A DNA stretch of 64,000 nucleotides from Tubulanus polymorphus (lineage: Eukaryota > Animalia > Nemertea), in assembly GCF_964204645.1 (NCBI RefSeq), contig NC_134027.1, forward strand, positions 12,866,485-12,930,484, read 5' to 3'. A program made the position numbers and the translations under genes. Shown one piece after another: positions 13,346 through 27,977 of the stretch. Position 1 is the first letter of the stretch. Every line of letters starts with the position of its first letter. The notes beneath the pieces were generated by a model. That model was not told the origin of the DNA and ran no database searches. It saw only the letters and a program-made list of their open reading frames with translations.

Positions 13346-14185
13346 AACAAGAGCCCCAAGGGGCACTATGGCCAGTGTGTCAGCTTTTCATAAAATGGCA
13401 AATGATGATGCATTCTGTGGGTTAAATTTGTCAAAATACACTCCCAGCTGAGAGTCAATACCTAATAAATAATTTACACAATACAATCGGAGAATACAAA
13501 AGTAGCACAGACAGCGACTGGATCTGGCAGGAACAAATACCTCAGATAAATCTTTTCCATTGATTTAGAATTGAATTTTCTGAAAATTGCTCAATTAAAC
13601 AAAATTGAATTGGATTTGATATTTTTTAGAGAATCAAATTTGATTGAATTTGTAGTTTGAGCGCATGGCTAATTAGCATATCAAGGTCATCTATCCGATT
13701 TAAGAAAAGGCTATTTTTTCCGGACTTTGCACAATGGTCAATGATATTTTCTGTAGTGCTAATAAAAATATTCCACCCAAAAGCAAATCAACTAAAGCTT
13801 TTTCAGAAATCGATCTTGAAATACAATTTTAGATCTAAAAATAAAACCAGGAAGTAAAACGGTAGACGATACCGCGGGTTAACATGAACACCTGCTGATT
13901 TCTGGGGCTAAGCCAATCATAGAGGAGTCTTTGCTTTCTGAATGGCTTTTCAAAACCAATATTTTTGCAGATCAGATATTCGCGAAAAAGCTCATATAAA
14001 TTTTAACGAGGCCTTCTTTCAAAATTCAGCTACGTAGAGTTTGGAGAATGGATAATGCTTTAATGAATGATTTGTATGAAGATATGCTCAGTTGCACAGA
14101 CAAAGAACCTTTGCTCTGGAAACCATGTCATTTAAATTCGCTCCATTTGTATAGTAGTAGGGTCAGCCTACGGCTGGCCTAAAAA
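13346..14185 (-). mobile_element. HINE copy B (~840 bp)
   Basis: Direct repeat of 11787-12627 with the same end structures; partial relatives at ~8581 and ~21290-21990. Confidence 0.8.
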
Positions 14186-17100
14186 TCGACCAGAAATCAA
14201 AAAGAGCCCCGCACTACAGCTTTAAGGGCACCAACAGTAGCCTGTGGTATTATTAGCTTTTCATCAATTGATGAAATTTGAGCTTCATATGACAAAATAC
14301 TTTTTGCTTCAATATAATTCACACAGTACGATCTTTTATTTCAAAGTAATACAGGCGGGCTGATAGAACAAATGCTTTAAATTGATTAGTGTCATTGATT
14401 TGAATATGAAATAAAATCAGTCGAATTTTCAATCTGCGCGCATGAAAAATTAGATTATCAAGGTCACTATGCCTGGTGCCGATTTGAGGGAAAGCTATTT
14501 TCTCCAACCCCTGCTGGATAAATGTTCGGCAGTCCTCCCAGAAATCAAATCAACTTAAGATTTCAAGGAAAACAAACTTGAAATACAGCTGCAAAACAGA
14601 TGTAACAGGCTTTTTTGGGTCACTGTCTTAAATGCTCATACATACTATGAAGCATACTATGTTTTGTCAGAATCAGTTTCCAAAGATTTATGACCCTAGG
14701 GATAAAGGTAATAATTTGCCAAGGCAATGTCAAGTCAATATTAAATTTTGTGTCACGCCACCCAGAGCCCATAGCGTTTTCTAGTAATTTTCAAACACAC
14801 ATAGCGTTTTCTGGTATTTTTCAAACCCAAACTCTAACAGCATGCAAGTGAAAGCTATTGAAATATATATAAGTGTACCTTCACCTAGATACTAGAAAGA
14901 TAAATCACATAGCCTGTGGCAAATAATTACCTTTAATACCAGTATTAAAGTTACACAAGGGTTCATTCGGACCGACGGATGATGGCAAAAAGTGAACGCA
15001 ATAGCCTGCTGGGACCAAAGTCCCAAGTGGGCTAAAAATGAACTGAAATGTTTTTCCAATAATTAAATCCAATTTAACAAAAGAGAAATGAAATTCAACT
15101 GACCATCCAAATCAAATCAAGTCAAGTCAAATCTTCCAATCATATGCGAAATAACTGTGGTTTCCACACGAGAAGTAAAATTATCAACTCAAACTCAATC
15201 ACGATAAAGCCTGTCCAGGTAGTCCCCATCATTTTCTCAACGGATCTACATCAATAAAAGAATGATGGAAATGGGCCTCCAACCGCGGCAATCCGCTTTT
15301 CCCCGGAAGTTTTTCATCCCCGTAATAGACGCACGTTAGGAAGATTTTATGGGAAGCATATAGTACTGGATAAAACTATCTCTGCCCACAGAAATATCTA
15401 CCATGTCTATATCAATCATCCCCTCCTAGTGGTTTTAACAAATGGGAATGACTTTCAAATGATTACGAATGCTCGGTGCTCCACCACATGCTATACTCTA
15501 TAGTAGCTAATTACTTCTGAGGAGTCAAGTCCAAATTAAATCAGAGCAATTTCGACTCTCAATTACTAACAACTGTTGGCTCCATAAACTTCAGTCATTT
15601 GATTGGAATCTGATGTATCCAGTCACTATTTTGCATTTTAATCACTGTTAGTAACACCCAATTCTATACACTACACCATGTTGTTTTAGTCTGGGTTCTC
15701 ATAATGACGTCACACTTCCGTGTTGAGAATAAATCAGCACGGCTGATCAAGTCTCGTTTTTACAGTAATTGAAGAATGAAAAATAAATTTCTTGAACATT
15801 CAACCATTAACCGTTAACTACTCCTAGCCATATTTCAAAAACCTCTTCATGACCCCTCGTGTTCTCTATGGCATTCTCTATAATTTTTCAATAACATCTG
15901 CAACATCAAAAATGATTTTATTTGCATTATTTCATAAATAATACCAGGCATCATACACTATCAGCAGAAAACAAAACTAAAATGTGTTATGATAAGAACG
16001 TAAACAGGAGGACCATAAGGTCGAAGAGAGTATAGTAGTGAGCGGATGCATGAGATGTCATCAGTGAAAACAAATTTATGTTTCCAGGGTTTCCGTGAGG
16101 CTGTTTTATATACTGTTAACGGACATTTCCCCGCCCCCCAGCCAAAAGTGGTCCTATTTTTCCCCAAATCCTGAAAAATAAATTGATTTGTTCTATAAGT
16201 GTTATTATTTTACTTTATTTCAACGTAATAATCTGTTTCAATAATAAAATGCGTGGCTGACGATGTAGTGTCAGCGCAGAGGCCATATCCAACTTCCCTA
16301 CAAAGTATAGTGTAATTACCCAAACAATCCTACCCACCCTATATTCCATAATGGTATAGTCCACACGATAGTCAATGAAAGTGTGTTCTCTGAGCATGCG
16401 TGACGCTTCAATGAATGAATGTAGTTCATGGGACAGGCACTACTACGACTGAAGTGGTAGTTATACTTACGACTAAGACCACATGATGACATTGGATTGG
16501 CTCCAAATATCCTCTAAACATCCCCCTTAGGGCTTCAGGCCTGATGAGTTCGTCTTGGCATTAAATACGCGCCAGTAAATTTTCCCCAAATAAAAAGTAA
16601 CGGACATTTTTTACCTGCGCGCCGAACAGTTGATTTATTGCGTTAGTCAATCCGAGTCGGCCTGTGTTTTAGGCCCGACGCAGCACAGCAGCCTATCTCG
16701 CTGTATATACAGCACTGCTGTCTCTACACACTAAGTCACTAGCCAACTACACGTGCTAACTCGGGGTATTCCCGAGAATACGGAGTAGTTTGCGTAGATA
16801 TATGTGATACCGGTTGGCATTACTGGTAATTTTCATTGCATGAAGAAAATCCTTCACTCGCAGTGCTTTCAAGAAATAAAATCCGGGCTAGCGACCGACG
16901 AACACAGCAGAGACCACCCTACCGATACTCTTCCTTTCAGTGTAAACCACGCACTGGGCAGTATCTATGAACTACTTACGAATGTATCAGTGCGCAAGCG
17001 CACCTGTGAGGATAGTCATGGGGATAACACTTCATCACTGGGTAACCGATGTAGACAATTCAATGATATGGTGAGCCCTTCATGCGCCTCAAAACTTTCC

Positions 17101-17899
17101 ATAATTCATCACGATTTTGGGACCTTTAGGTACAACAGGCTATGATATTCATAGCTAGGATCATGGATATAGGCAAATGACGCGTTACAGACAACCTTTT
17201 ATCGGATTATCAGTTCTATATCGATACAGCATTATGGGACTATATCCATGGCAGTAGATATACTACGGGTGTTGTTCGGTGAACGGAAGAATTTTTTACC
17301 AGCAACGATCTATATATGGTCTTCGACCATAAAAAATCGGCAGATTTTTGTATACGTACAAAATGGATGGTCCCTGAGGAAGGTGGTATTTGACTGGAAT
17401 TCTGTGGAGTGAGTTGATCTCAACCCTAGCCCCATCTCCACCAAAATTTTGTCCCCTGATTGGTGTTATTAGTAAACGCCTTCTCTCTCAGGTATGCTGA
17501 ATAAGCTGTTTTGAGTGTCAAATTCGCTCTTAAATGCAGCTGTTGGTATCTATTTTCTTAAAAATGCTCAGTCCAGTAAAATGCTCTTATCATTGAAAAT
17601 GTCTCACCCTTCAATTATCAAGGATACATCTCTGATCATTACCATTCATTTTCCATTTGGTTTAGGTGTGAAATGCAAATTGATTGGCATTTTGCAAAGA
17701 AATCAACTTAGATAAAAATGCAAGCTGTATATTGTTGCATCAGCTTTCAAAAAATGCATTCCAATCACGTGCACGATGTATTTCAATTAGTACAATAGAC
17801 ATGAACACGATTTCCTCAACATGTAAACAATGTACAATTTTCTTAAGTTTATTCTAAGCTGTGCTATAACTGCTTATGATTATGATTCTAAAAGCTCAC

Positions 17900-18119
17900 C
17901 TGCAGGATCAACCACATCCTTATAATTTTGACCAGATTCAAAATTAGATAGAGGTGTATTACATGCTGTGGAAAATGGCATAACTTTGAAACCACGGTAT
18001 ACAAGACCCTTATCGTAGAGCTGCTTGAAATTGAACCAAATGGTTTCCATAAACCATGGATACATGGTTTTGTAATCATTTTTGAAGTCAATCCATCGAC
18101 CAAGCCTTGTAACAATTTT
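17900..18119 (-). CDS. IARS1: IARS1 exon ([12 protein letters not shown]...NYKDVVDPA)
   Basis: 220 nt, ttgcag acceptor, GTGAG donor; conserved RLGRWIDF and TPLSNFE motifs. Confidence 0.96.
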
Positions 18120-19238
18120 CTGCAAGAAAGTAAATGATCGTTACAGTTGATTAACTAGAGGACCAAAAGCCTTGTTAGGTCAAAGCATCATCGTTCATAT
18201 TGATCTTGCGAGATTAAGGTATGTAATGGCAGCTAGCTCGATACCAACACATACACTCACAATAAAGGCCCAAAAACAGAACCCTGTAAATAAGTCTCGC
18301 ATTAGCTCATCCGTTGTGCGAACGAGGATACACCACCCAGCAGCCATAGCCAGCCTATTCCATTAAAATAAACCATAGCTTTAGCAGTATATGGCCAGTG
18401 AACAACCAGTTCACAAAAATTATTGACATGCAGAGCAGGTATAGCCATGAAATCGGATTATCCCTGTCAAGTGGATCTGCATATGTAAAGACAAGTTTTT
18501 CTTCATCAAAATGACTACTGGCACACATCAAATTTTAAACATAAATTCAAACGCTACAAAATCGGCCTTGCGTTATCATCTAAATGCTATTTGAATGAAT
18601 AGAAGATTAATTGGATTGCTGGCTTGAGACATCGACAATAGTATGATACACAAGTATTAGAGATGGTGTGCAGCTCATTGATCATGGCGAAGTAAAATTT
18701 CCAGCACCCCAGCCCGAAAAATATGAGGGCCTTTATGAAAAATCGGTCCAATCATACATCCACACATACAGCGTTTAATCAATTTACAGAGCCTGTAGCT
18801 ATCAAGGAATATTCAGAGTGACCCTTACATTTTGGACTATCTTTAGGCCATTCTCATGTGGGATGTACATCTGATAATCCCTTGACAACTTGTGGCAGCT
18901 ATGAAAATTGCCTGTAAATCACCAAATCTGTTATAAGATCACCCAATACCTGGCATGCTAGAGATTCAACAACAAAATTATCTGCATTCCTCTAATTTGG
19001 TCACTGAGCAATTGATCGCCAAGAATCTTTGATTCAACAGCCAATGAAAAGCAAGAAATATTTCTTAATGGCCACCACCAGAGATCATGTGATGACACCC
19101 GTGGAGACACTATGCAGATTGAGAATTGGTCACGAAAGATTTAGTGCACAGACTAAAGCAAAAGTAAATGATTTCTGATTTGACACAAAAAATAACATTA
19201 GTGGAAAACTTAATCATACCATTTTTGTTCATGATTAG

Positions 19239-20060
19239 AATACGGCATATCGACAAATTCGAGTTCCTCAATTACTCGTTTGATGGCGCTAGTCAGAATC
19301 GGAAATTGGAACCTAAATCCTCCATGCTCTAGTTCATTTGCAATGAAACTCTCTCCCTTCAAGTTTTCAATGAGCGATATTTTACTTACTATATATCGTC
19401 ACGTGTAATCTTTTAAATATGTTATCCTACCACTACGTTGGATATGATAAAACCTCACTGCAAGGGCTAGAAATCACTATAAGTGTCCTAAAATTATCAA
19501 AAAACATTTTGCAACGGCTGAAGATGTAAAGACTGGTTGCCAGGTATCACATGGAGGCAGCACTTGACGGCCCAATTTCGATTGTTGGTTCGAGTCCAGG
19601 TACTTTTCACATTTTTATTATGAATCCATGAGTGTAGTCCTTCTAAAATCAATTTTATTTCGTAATATTTTCTCATATTTATCAGTGACTGCAATGAATT
19701 CACCTTAGAATCTTGAACTCAACAACAAAGTGATGCCACCAGGCACCAGTCATTACTTCCGTCAGCTGCTTCCAGCGTCATCGCTAAATTTGTGATTTTT
19801 GGTAGTTTTTCGACATTTCTAATGATCTTAAGCGTTCAAAGTGAGGTTTTATCAAATTTAACACATTGTCAGGATATCATACTTAAAGGATTATGCGTGC
19901 CTATGTATAGTTAATAAAATATCGCTAACTAAAAACTTGAAGCGAGAGATTTTTATTGCAAATGAACTAGAACATGGCAGATTTAGGTTCCAATTTCCGG
20001 TTCTGACTATCGCCATCAAACGAGTAATTCAAGAACTTGAATTTGTCGATATCCAGTATT
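19239..20060. mobile_element. Foldback element with ~250-bp imperfect inverted arms
   Basis: 19239-19480 is the reverse complement of 19820-20060 (e.g. aattactcgtttgatggcg / cgccatcaaacgagtaatt). Confidence 0.85.
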
Positions 20061-20096
20061 ATTCAATCAATTTCATTGATTCATCGACCTACATAC

Positions 20097-20216
20097 CTCC
20101 CAATCTGATGAATACCTCATTACAATTTTTCTACATTCAGCATTGTAGTTATCGATACCCATCTTCTTCACATCTTCCGGGCCCTTAATACCCAGGGTTT
20201 TATCAATTTCAAATTC
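20097..20216 (-). CDS. IARS1: IARS1 exon ([40 protein letters not shown])
   Basis: 120 nt, tttcag acceptor, GTATG donor; translation is typical IleRS. Confidence 0.95.
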
Positions 20217-23164
20217 CTGAAATGAAAATTATTGAAAGTAACATGACCTGTGGATATTTTTGTTTCTTACATGATACTCAATAAATGACAATTGAGTATC
20301 AATTTATTTATCCATATTCATATCAACCATCTTTTCTCTCACAAAATCAATTATCCACATCAAGTATACTTCAATCAATTTCTTATCTTTGAGCATTTCT
20401 ATGGATGAAGTGCCTCAATCTAGTTAATCTAAGATTTAGCGTAATTCTATTTTTTTGTTTGTTTATAAAACGTGGTACCAATACACACTGAAATACCACT
20501 TAATTAAGGCATTGAACACCCCTTTGGTAAACATATACAAAAACTGATGTCCTTGAAACTTGCCACAACCATAGAACATGTTTTGGGATCCAGGAAGAAA
20601 GACACTCTAAATATTTGGATGGATATATGAAAGCTGTGGGTACTGGAGTGTGTAATGGGTAGTGTAGTGTGATCTGTGTGCATTTGTGGCCAGCACATAG
20701 ATCACATTGTTCAATGGGGTTTGGTCCAGGACTCGCGAGATTTTCAAGACGGAAGTAACGTGTAATAAATGATGACTTGAATTGCATGACTACCTACCAC
20801 CCCTCATTATTGTTGGAAAACTAAACGTTCGGCACTGACTAAAAATTAGTAATAACATTTTAGAAATGGCCAGAATTTTAACTTAGGTTCTATCTCATTT
20901 TTATTTTATAATTGCGATAGGTATAATTTTTTTTAAACGGCCGTTAAGGCTTCATGTTTCGTCTGCAATTCACGCAACCACGCACATTTCAGTATTTTTG
21001 GCAGCTGTACACTCAATCGGCACCGTTCGTCACTAGCTTCACTGCGGAATTATCATTAATTAACATCGCCATATCACATCATCAACTTATATTGTGCCTT
21101 AAAACCCTAACAGCCGAAATAATTGAAATGCACACACGATTTCTATCATTGAAAATTGAGAGAGTGGCCATGTTTGTGTTTGCTGCTTCGCATAAATCCC
21201 GCGCAGTGGCGCCACCACACAGAGTGGGGCCGATACGTCCAGATTTGCAATTGATTATGATTATATATATGTATAGCTACTACAAATGGCAACAAGAAGC
21301 CCAAGGGCTTCTAGGCAGTGGCTATAAATATCATTCCCACATGAGTGTCTAAAAATATTCAAAGTTACCAGGATGGTGTCTTATTGCCCTATTGGTTTAG
21401 CAGCGACCACTGATCAGATTCTTTAGTATTTTTCGAATAGCCAGGAAAATGTTTTTCCTTCTGATTAATTTGAATGCGGAATAAAACTAAATTGGATTTG
21501 ATGTAGGCCTAATTTCTTTCATTAAAATAAAATTGGAATGGATTTAATGTTTTCTTGCAAAATAAAGTTTGTATGAGTGAATTTGCAATTCAAGCACATG
21601 GCTAATTAGCATATCAAGGTCATCGATGCCTAGTGCCGATTTGGGCTATTCTTCCTGACCTTTGCACAATGTCAAGGATACAGTTTCCGAAGTTCAAAAA
21701 ATTTCCTCCCATAAACTTTTACTGAAATTTATCTAAGAATACAATATGTAATCTTAAAATTGAACCCGGAAACAAAACAGTAGACAATATCATCTGTTCA
21801 TCTGAACACCTGCTGATTTCTGCAGCTTATCCAATCACAGAGGACACCTTGCTGTTTGATTAGCCTTTTATAACTGATATGTTTAAGTTAAAGTGTTTAA
21901 GTTTTATGCAAAAAAAAACTTCCTATAAATTTCAGAGGCCCTTTTTCCAAATTCAGCTTCTTAGAGAATTGTAGAATGAACTAGACATACGTCATCAATA
22001 AACAACATACATGCATTTGGCTAAAGTAGTATCTTAGTGGTGCAAGGAAAACTAGGTCAGCGCCTCAGTAATTCAAGCAACTGGCAGCGATCATCAGCGA
22101 CTGGTTTTTTGCCAGTTACGGCGACCTGAGCGCGTCTACAACTGACAGCGACGGAAAAACTGCCAGTCGCTATGAGTTGAACATGTTGAACTTTCAGCAA
22201 CGCGTCGCAGCGACTACCACTAGTTGTGTGAGCGTTTTTGTCGACCTGAGCACTTCTGCAACTGGGTTCTGATATCCAACTAAAATGACCTTCACTTTGC
22301 CACTGTTTATGGGTTCGAGTCCTGCTATATAATGTTTATTAAAACAATTCTATTTGGGCCAGTTTTTGTCAATAACTGACTAATTGTTCATTCTATAAAC
22401 ACTGATAAATAGAACAGTCTTCATCTTGAAATAGACTCTAAAGTGATTTTTGAACGAAAATGACAAACTACTTTATCGCCTTATTATCAGCAGATTGAAT
22501 CGAATTGAATTGACGAATCCCTGCAATGAGACATGACTTAATTTGCTTAATTTGCTCAAGAAATATTTGAACTAAATATTCAGTCAGAAATAAAAATACA
22601 CGCTCATAAACATGGGCTGCGCTATTTTGAACAGATCACATGATCAATTGAATCGTGCGTTGCAGCAACGGTCATAGGCAACCTGAGTGCGCAGCTGATT
22701 TACGTAAAACGTTTTAATCAGTTGCTGGCAGTTGTTGCTAGTTCATGTCGTAAGCTACCCGAGCGCAGTCTACAACTAGTGGTCTACAACTCATGGCTGC
22801 ATTTCATTGTTTCCTTTCTCTATAAAGGGCACTGTGCCATGCTTATTATTTCAGCCTTCATCTCATTATCGTATAATTGAAGTGTTTGACAATTAAAGAA
22901 CAATTGTCAGTTTGCCTAAAAGGAACATATTGCTTAAAGCATATGGGTACAATGGAAAACTATGTATGGGACTGACTATTCAAGTACGTACGCAAGAAAT
23001 AGGACATTTTTTAGAGGTCCTACTTTGTGTACGCGCATTGTACTATATTGCCGTTGTCCACCTATAGTACGCAATGATTGATCATGTAGTATAAAACATA
23101 AACAAACACCTGTTGGTAGTCTACTGGTCTGTTTATCAAAGTACAAATAAAGCTTTTATTATTA

Positions 23165-23395
23165 GGCAAAAAAAATTGATACCTGGTTTCTCCGCTCTGC
23201 TGAGCTTAAAAGATGACCTGGCCGGCCGCCTAACTACCATATACATTACTTTTTCTTAAATCGTGTTCAATTTTACCATAGGCCTAACAGACCCGGCCCG
23301 GCCGCTTTAGAAATGAAATGTTTACATTACAATTTTATCATGTTTTACAAAAATGACCCAGCCGCTGCGAAACAAGGTATCATTTTTGTTTAGCC
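23165..23395. mobile_element. MITE with GG..CC termini and TTA TSD (PIF/Harbinger- or Zator-like), nested in a GGGACTG..CAGTCCC element (~22968-23705)
   Basis: TIR ggcaaaaaaaattgatacctggtttc vs gaaacaaggtatcatttttgtttagcc; tta on both flanks. Confidence 0.65.
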
Positions 23396-24225
23396 TTATA
23401 TAGCTTTTATTTTTTCAATCATTTGGCTTTTATTTTGGGTGCATTAATTTTCAAGTATCATTTCACAAGCCACTAATATTCCCAGTGCAGCATTGTCTCT
23501 TATGATTGCTTCAACCACCCAGCTTAGAATCAGCCGTTTCGTAGTGCATCCATTAATGTATGATTAATTAATTTCTACCCTCATTCAGTGTAAGATTTAG
23601 TTCTCACTTTGATATATAAGTACGTACGCTTTTTAAATAGCTACCTACTATACACTTTTGCCACTGAGTTCCTACCTAGGGCCTGCATACGTACCGAACA
23701 GTCCCTTTTCAGACAAATTTCTCTGATACTGAGATTCGATGAGTTATCCCTGATTTTAACGGAAAAAGCCTGCCTTAACTATAGGTGAAATAAATTCCTG
23801 GAATCGCTGATAAGTACAAACCCTGTAAAGAAGGGCTCATTTTGATGAAGAAAAATGGCCAGCATCAGTGGGCCAGTTTTTAGGCTGCAGATATGTTGAG
23901 GGCATAACCATTATAGCCTACGTATAGGCCTAAACCAAAGAGTGAACATCTTAGAACTCATCAGAATAACTGGGTTCTATGTGAAAATGGACAAAATGTG
24001 AACACAATAACTCACTGGGACTTCACAGTGAATGCAATTAGTCCTCTGTGACTTTAAGTCCAAGTGGACAAAAAATGACTGTATAGAGTGGTTTCATTGA
24101 ATAATTTTGGAGGTAATTGCAAGCGCACTTGAAAATTCTAGCCATATCAGCCAAAACGCTGACACAGGTCAGGTGAAGTGTGAGTTGAAGACGTTAAGGG
24201 CTTAATCTAATTCATTTTTACTTAC

Positions 24226-24382
24226 CACAGGCAGGCCGTGACAATCCCATCCAAATCTTCTTTCAACATGAAATCCACTCTGATGTGCCCAACGCGTAAC
24301 TATGTCTTTGATGGTTCCGGCCAAGATGTGTCCATAGTGCGGTAGACCAGTGGCAAAGGGAGGTCCATCATAGAAAGTATAC
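24226..24382 (-). CDS. IARS1: IARS1 exon with HIGH motif ([16 protein letters not shown]...GWDCHGLPV)
   Basis: Class I HIGH signature (HYGH); acceptor tttttaag, donor GTAAG; 157 nt, phases consistent. Confidence 0.97.
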
Positions 24383-24707
24383 CTTAAAAACAAATTATCA
24401 ATTCATTTTTAGGTAAATAGCATATTTCTTTAAAATGTCTTAAGCAATAATGTTACATGTCTATTTTGATACATTTGCAAGAATGTCATGTTCAAAGCCA
24501 ATTTTGGTAGTAAGTTCACAACTGAAAAACTTAAATTGGTCTTGAAATGACACAGTGGATAGGCAGTGGAGTTTCCATTTTTTACACTGGCTGCCAGGTA
24601 AATATATTTTTACCAATGTTTCCGTCAATGTTTTCATTGTAACATGCACTTTCAATCTGGCTTTTCCGAAAAACATTATCATTTCGCCACAGTAATACAG
24701 TTCCAAA

Positions 24708-26958
24708 ACAACAAGGTGCCCATGGGCACTGTTAGATTCAGCGCAGAAGTTAGTTTATTGAAGGAGTTAATCGTATCTACCATACTAGACCATACATTGG
24801 TTTATCAAGGTGCTCTATCAGCTTATACTTGACATAAAAGGAAATGCATGTTATGAAAGTATAAGGTAATTAGATTTTTAATGACAAACAGTTGTTTACA
24901 AGGAAGAGAAGGTAAATACGTAACCCATTTTAAGTAGGCCTAATTGATTTTGAAATGAAATACACATAATCATTATAAATTATAAGCCTCCTAATAAATT
25001 ATAAGGTTTCATTAAATCAAAAGCATCTGCGATGTCATATTCATATTTTTGTCGCAGAAGCTGAAATCAAATCTAGCTGTATCGGGAGATGAGCTTAATA
25101 GTTGACACAGCCGGCCACATATCTACCATGTACATTACCTCAGCCTCAAGCAGTAGTGCAAGCAAGACACCGATGTCAATAAGACGGTTCCAACGCGTAG
25201 ACAGTTTTTCTAATTTTTTTTTTTACTTTTATCTTACTTTATTTGCTAGTGGAAAGCTCCATTACATCTACAACGCACCCACTGGAGTCAGGTGGGGGAC
25301 TGAATAGTTGTTACATGATTGTAGCGAGAGATTGCAGGTCAAAAAAGAAAATTACCTCAAGCTCCGTGCATTAGGTGTAAAAACACCTTACGGCCGAGAG
25401 GGAAAGTTCTTAGTTCACTGATGTCTCATTTCGATTTATGTTTTCCTACTCTTTCTTAATATGATATAAAAAAATTTTCATGTTTTTAAAATTTTTTCTA
25501 ATCAATTTTTCTAATTAATTTATTTTATTTTTTTTTATTTCTAAGTTCGGAGTATTATATACAATCAACGGTACAGAATCCTATTTACATACTATACATT
25601 GGTATCTAAAAGTTTAAACTTTCTGCAATATATACATACTTACATAATTAACAAATCTCTATAAAAATATACAAATATACATATCATATCAATAATACAT
25701 TATTTACGTCGGCCCAGCCACAAACATACTATACATGATATTGCATTTCGAAACCCCCTACAAAAAAGACAGATAGTAGTCGTAGGGAGTATACGAAGCT
25801 TACAGTATATCATAAATTGTATCGAGTAGTGTTTCCATTTATTACCAAATCCATTCCACTTATTTTGATTAGGGATTCATTTTGGGTCCACAAATGTATG
25901 TTTCTTTTGTGAGTAATCTCTTGTTTTAATCTATTTACAATATAATTCCTAGCATAGTTTTTTAGATCTATTTGTTGTTCTCCGTCGCATGCTTTACGGT
26001 GATTTTTGTACAGCGCCCATTTCAGAACTGATATGACATTATTACATATAAGTCTATTTTTTGAATTCTTAAGTATTTGTCTAGGCAAGCCGAAATAGAT
26101 TGGATGTTTATTCAAGTTAGTTGGCTGTTCTGCTATTTGGTCAATTATAGTTTGGAATCGTGAGAAAAGTTCGGCTGCAGCCGGGCATTCAATTCCCACG
26201 CGTAGACAGGTTCGTAGCGAGTCAGCCACTAACAGGAGCAGTGTTCGAATTCAATTATATATATACTACACAATATTGGTCGACATGTATGGTGTTTTTA
26301 ATGCGAATTAAAATTGTTTAAAATTCCTCTGCATATTGATACAAACGTTTTTTTTCGTCAAGATAATCCCGAGCATATGCATAATTAATTTCAATTCAAA
26401 TATTTTCTAACAAATCTTTTTTATTAACAGAATATCCTTGATCTAAAGATTAACGGCTTTGTTGATTTTTGGGAGCTTCACATGTTACTAAGAAGAGGGC
26501 GCTAGGATCACAGCTCCGCAGTAAATACTACAAACGACGCGGCGCATCGACATGCAATTTTCAGCACAGCGAATGAAAAATCATTGTCAATTTTATTTCT
26601 TCTTTTGTAGTTTTCTCATTGGAGAATTTTATATGTTGTATCAGTAATATATAAAAAGCCTACTTGTAAATTCGACAGCTAATTTTGTACAATTCTACTC
26701 GTGTTGTTTACGTTAGTAGATCAAGATGACGTCACACTACATCGCTAAAATCTCCAAAAACGGCATAAAATTGCCAATTTACCCAATTTAGGCTTCATCA
26801 ATAGCCTTCAAAAGCAGTTGCCACTTAGCGACCGTTATAACAGCCAAATAAATGCAGACCTTAGCCCGTGAATCATTTCACACTCGGAGGAGATAGCGGT
26901 CAACACTAATTCAGCATTCCGTTTTATACAAATAGATTCAGCTGCGCTGAATCTAATA
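24708..26958 (-). mobile_element. HINE carrying an L1-like insertion
   Basis: End acaaggtgcccatgggcactgttagattcagcgcag and terminal hairpin tagattcagctgcgctgaatcta share an inverted subterminal motif. Confidence 0.7.
25518..26270 (-). mobile_element. 3' fragment of an L1/Tx1-like non-LTR retrotransposon
   Basis: ORF 25810-26229 resembles the ORF2 C-terminus (IECP...IYFG...KWALYKNH...W); A-rich tail on the minus strand at ~25518-25540. Confidence 0.6.
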
Positions 26959-27209
26959 AAACCTCACTTAGTGAACACCTCTATTTAGTGATCACCTCCC
27001 TCAGTGAACCCTTTTTGGCCGAAACCAAATTTTCCCTACTCATTTTCAAGTAAACAGAACCTCCATTTAGTGAACACCTCTTTGAACAGTGAACATATTT
27101 TCTGGTACCAAATGAGCATTTTACCTCTCTATAGTGAACTGTGGTCCCATCCCAAAATGTCTAGACAGTCAAAGTTTGCTAGTAGACCCATTGTTGTCAG
27201 TATAGGTAT

Positions 27210-27977
27210 AGGTAAAAATCCCAGGGGTATAAAAATGCCAGAGGAAATAATGCCGGAAGGGTAAATTGATTCAATGATTATAAGAACCAAGTGTATCAAA
27301 ACTTATAAACTATTCATCGAATTGTTGCCTTGATGTTATGAATTACAGCAGACTAATTTGTCGAAAACTTATTGATTTTAATTATCATACCTATTATTAT
27401 ACCTAGACATATGCTTTATCTGAACTGCACATTCAATATGTAAACACTGTGCATTAATTTGCTAATATTCATTAATCTAGAAATGTGATATATCATGACT
27501 ATGTTTGCTTTTTCATTTCAATTATATAAGAATATGTGCATAAATTTTTCAATTTCTGTGCATAAATTCTTAAATTTCCAAGCTAAAAATACGTTGTATC
27601 TCAATATCATCTTGTGCAAATAAGAATATCAATGATTTTAATGAATTTCTTGCTTATGTCAGACTTTATCTCATAAATTTGTGATTCTCTTTATTTAACA
27701 AATTTGTCATTCATATTTAAATTTCTATTATCATAGGAATGTGTTATGTATATCTAAATTGTGCATTCATTACGTAAAATCTAGTGTAAATAAGAATACC
27801 AGGTCCAACGTTAATAAATTCTTTGCTTAATTTTCCTCATATATCATTCTGGCAATTTTACCTCTGGCATTTTTACCTATGGTGTTATTTTTTCCTTGGT
27901 ATTTTTACCCCTGGTATATTCACTTCTGGCATTATTACCTATGGCATTTTTACCTCTGGCATTATTGCCTGGATTCA
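27210..27977. mobile_element. MULE-type MITE with subterminal ~15-bp repeats, inside a Tc1-like MITE (~26960-28346)
   Basis: aaaatgccagagg repeats on the left, inverted cctctggcattttta repeats on the right, ending cctggattc. Confidence 0.6.
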
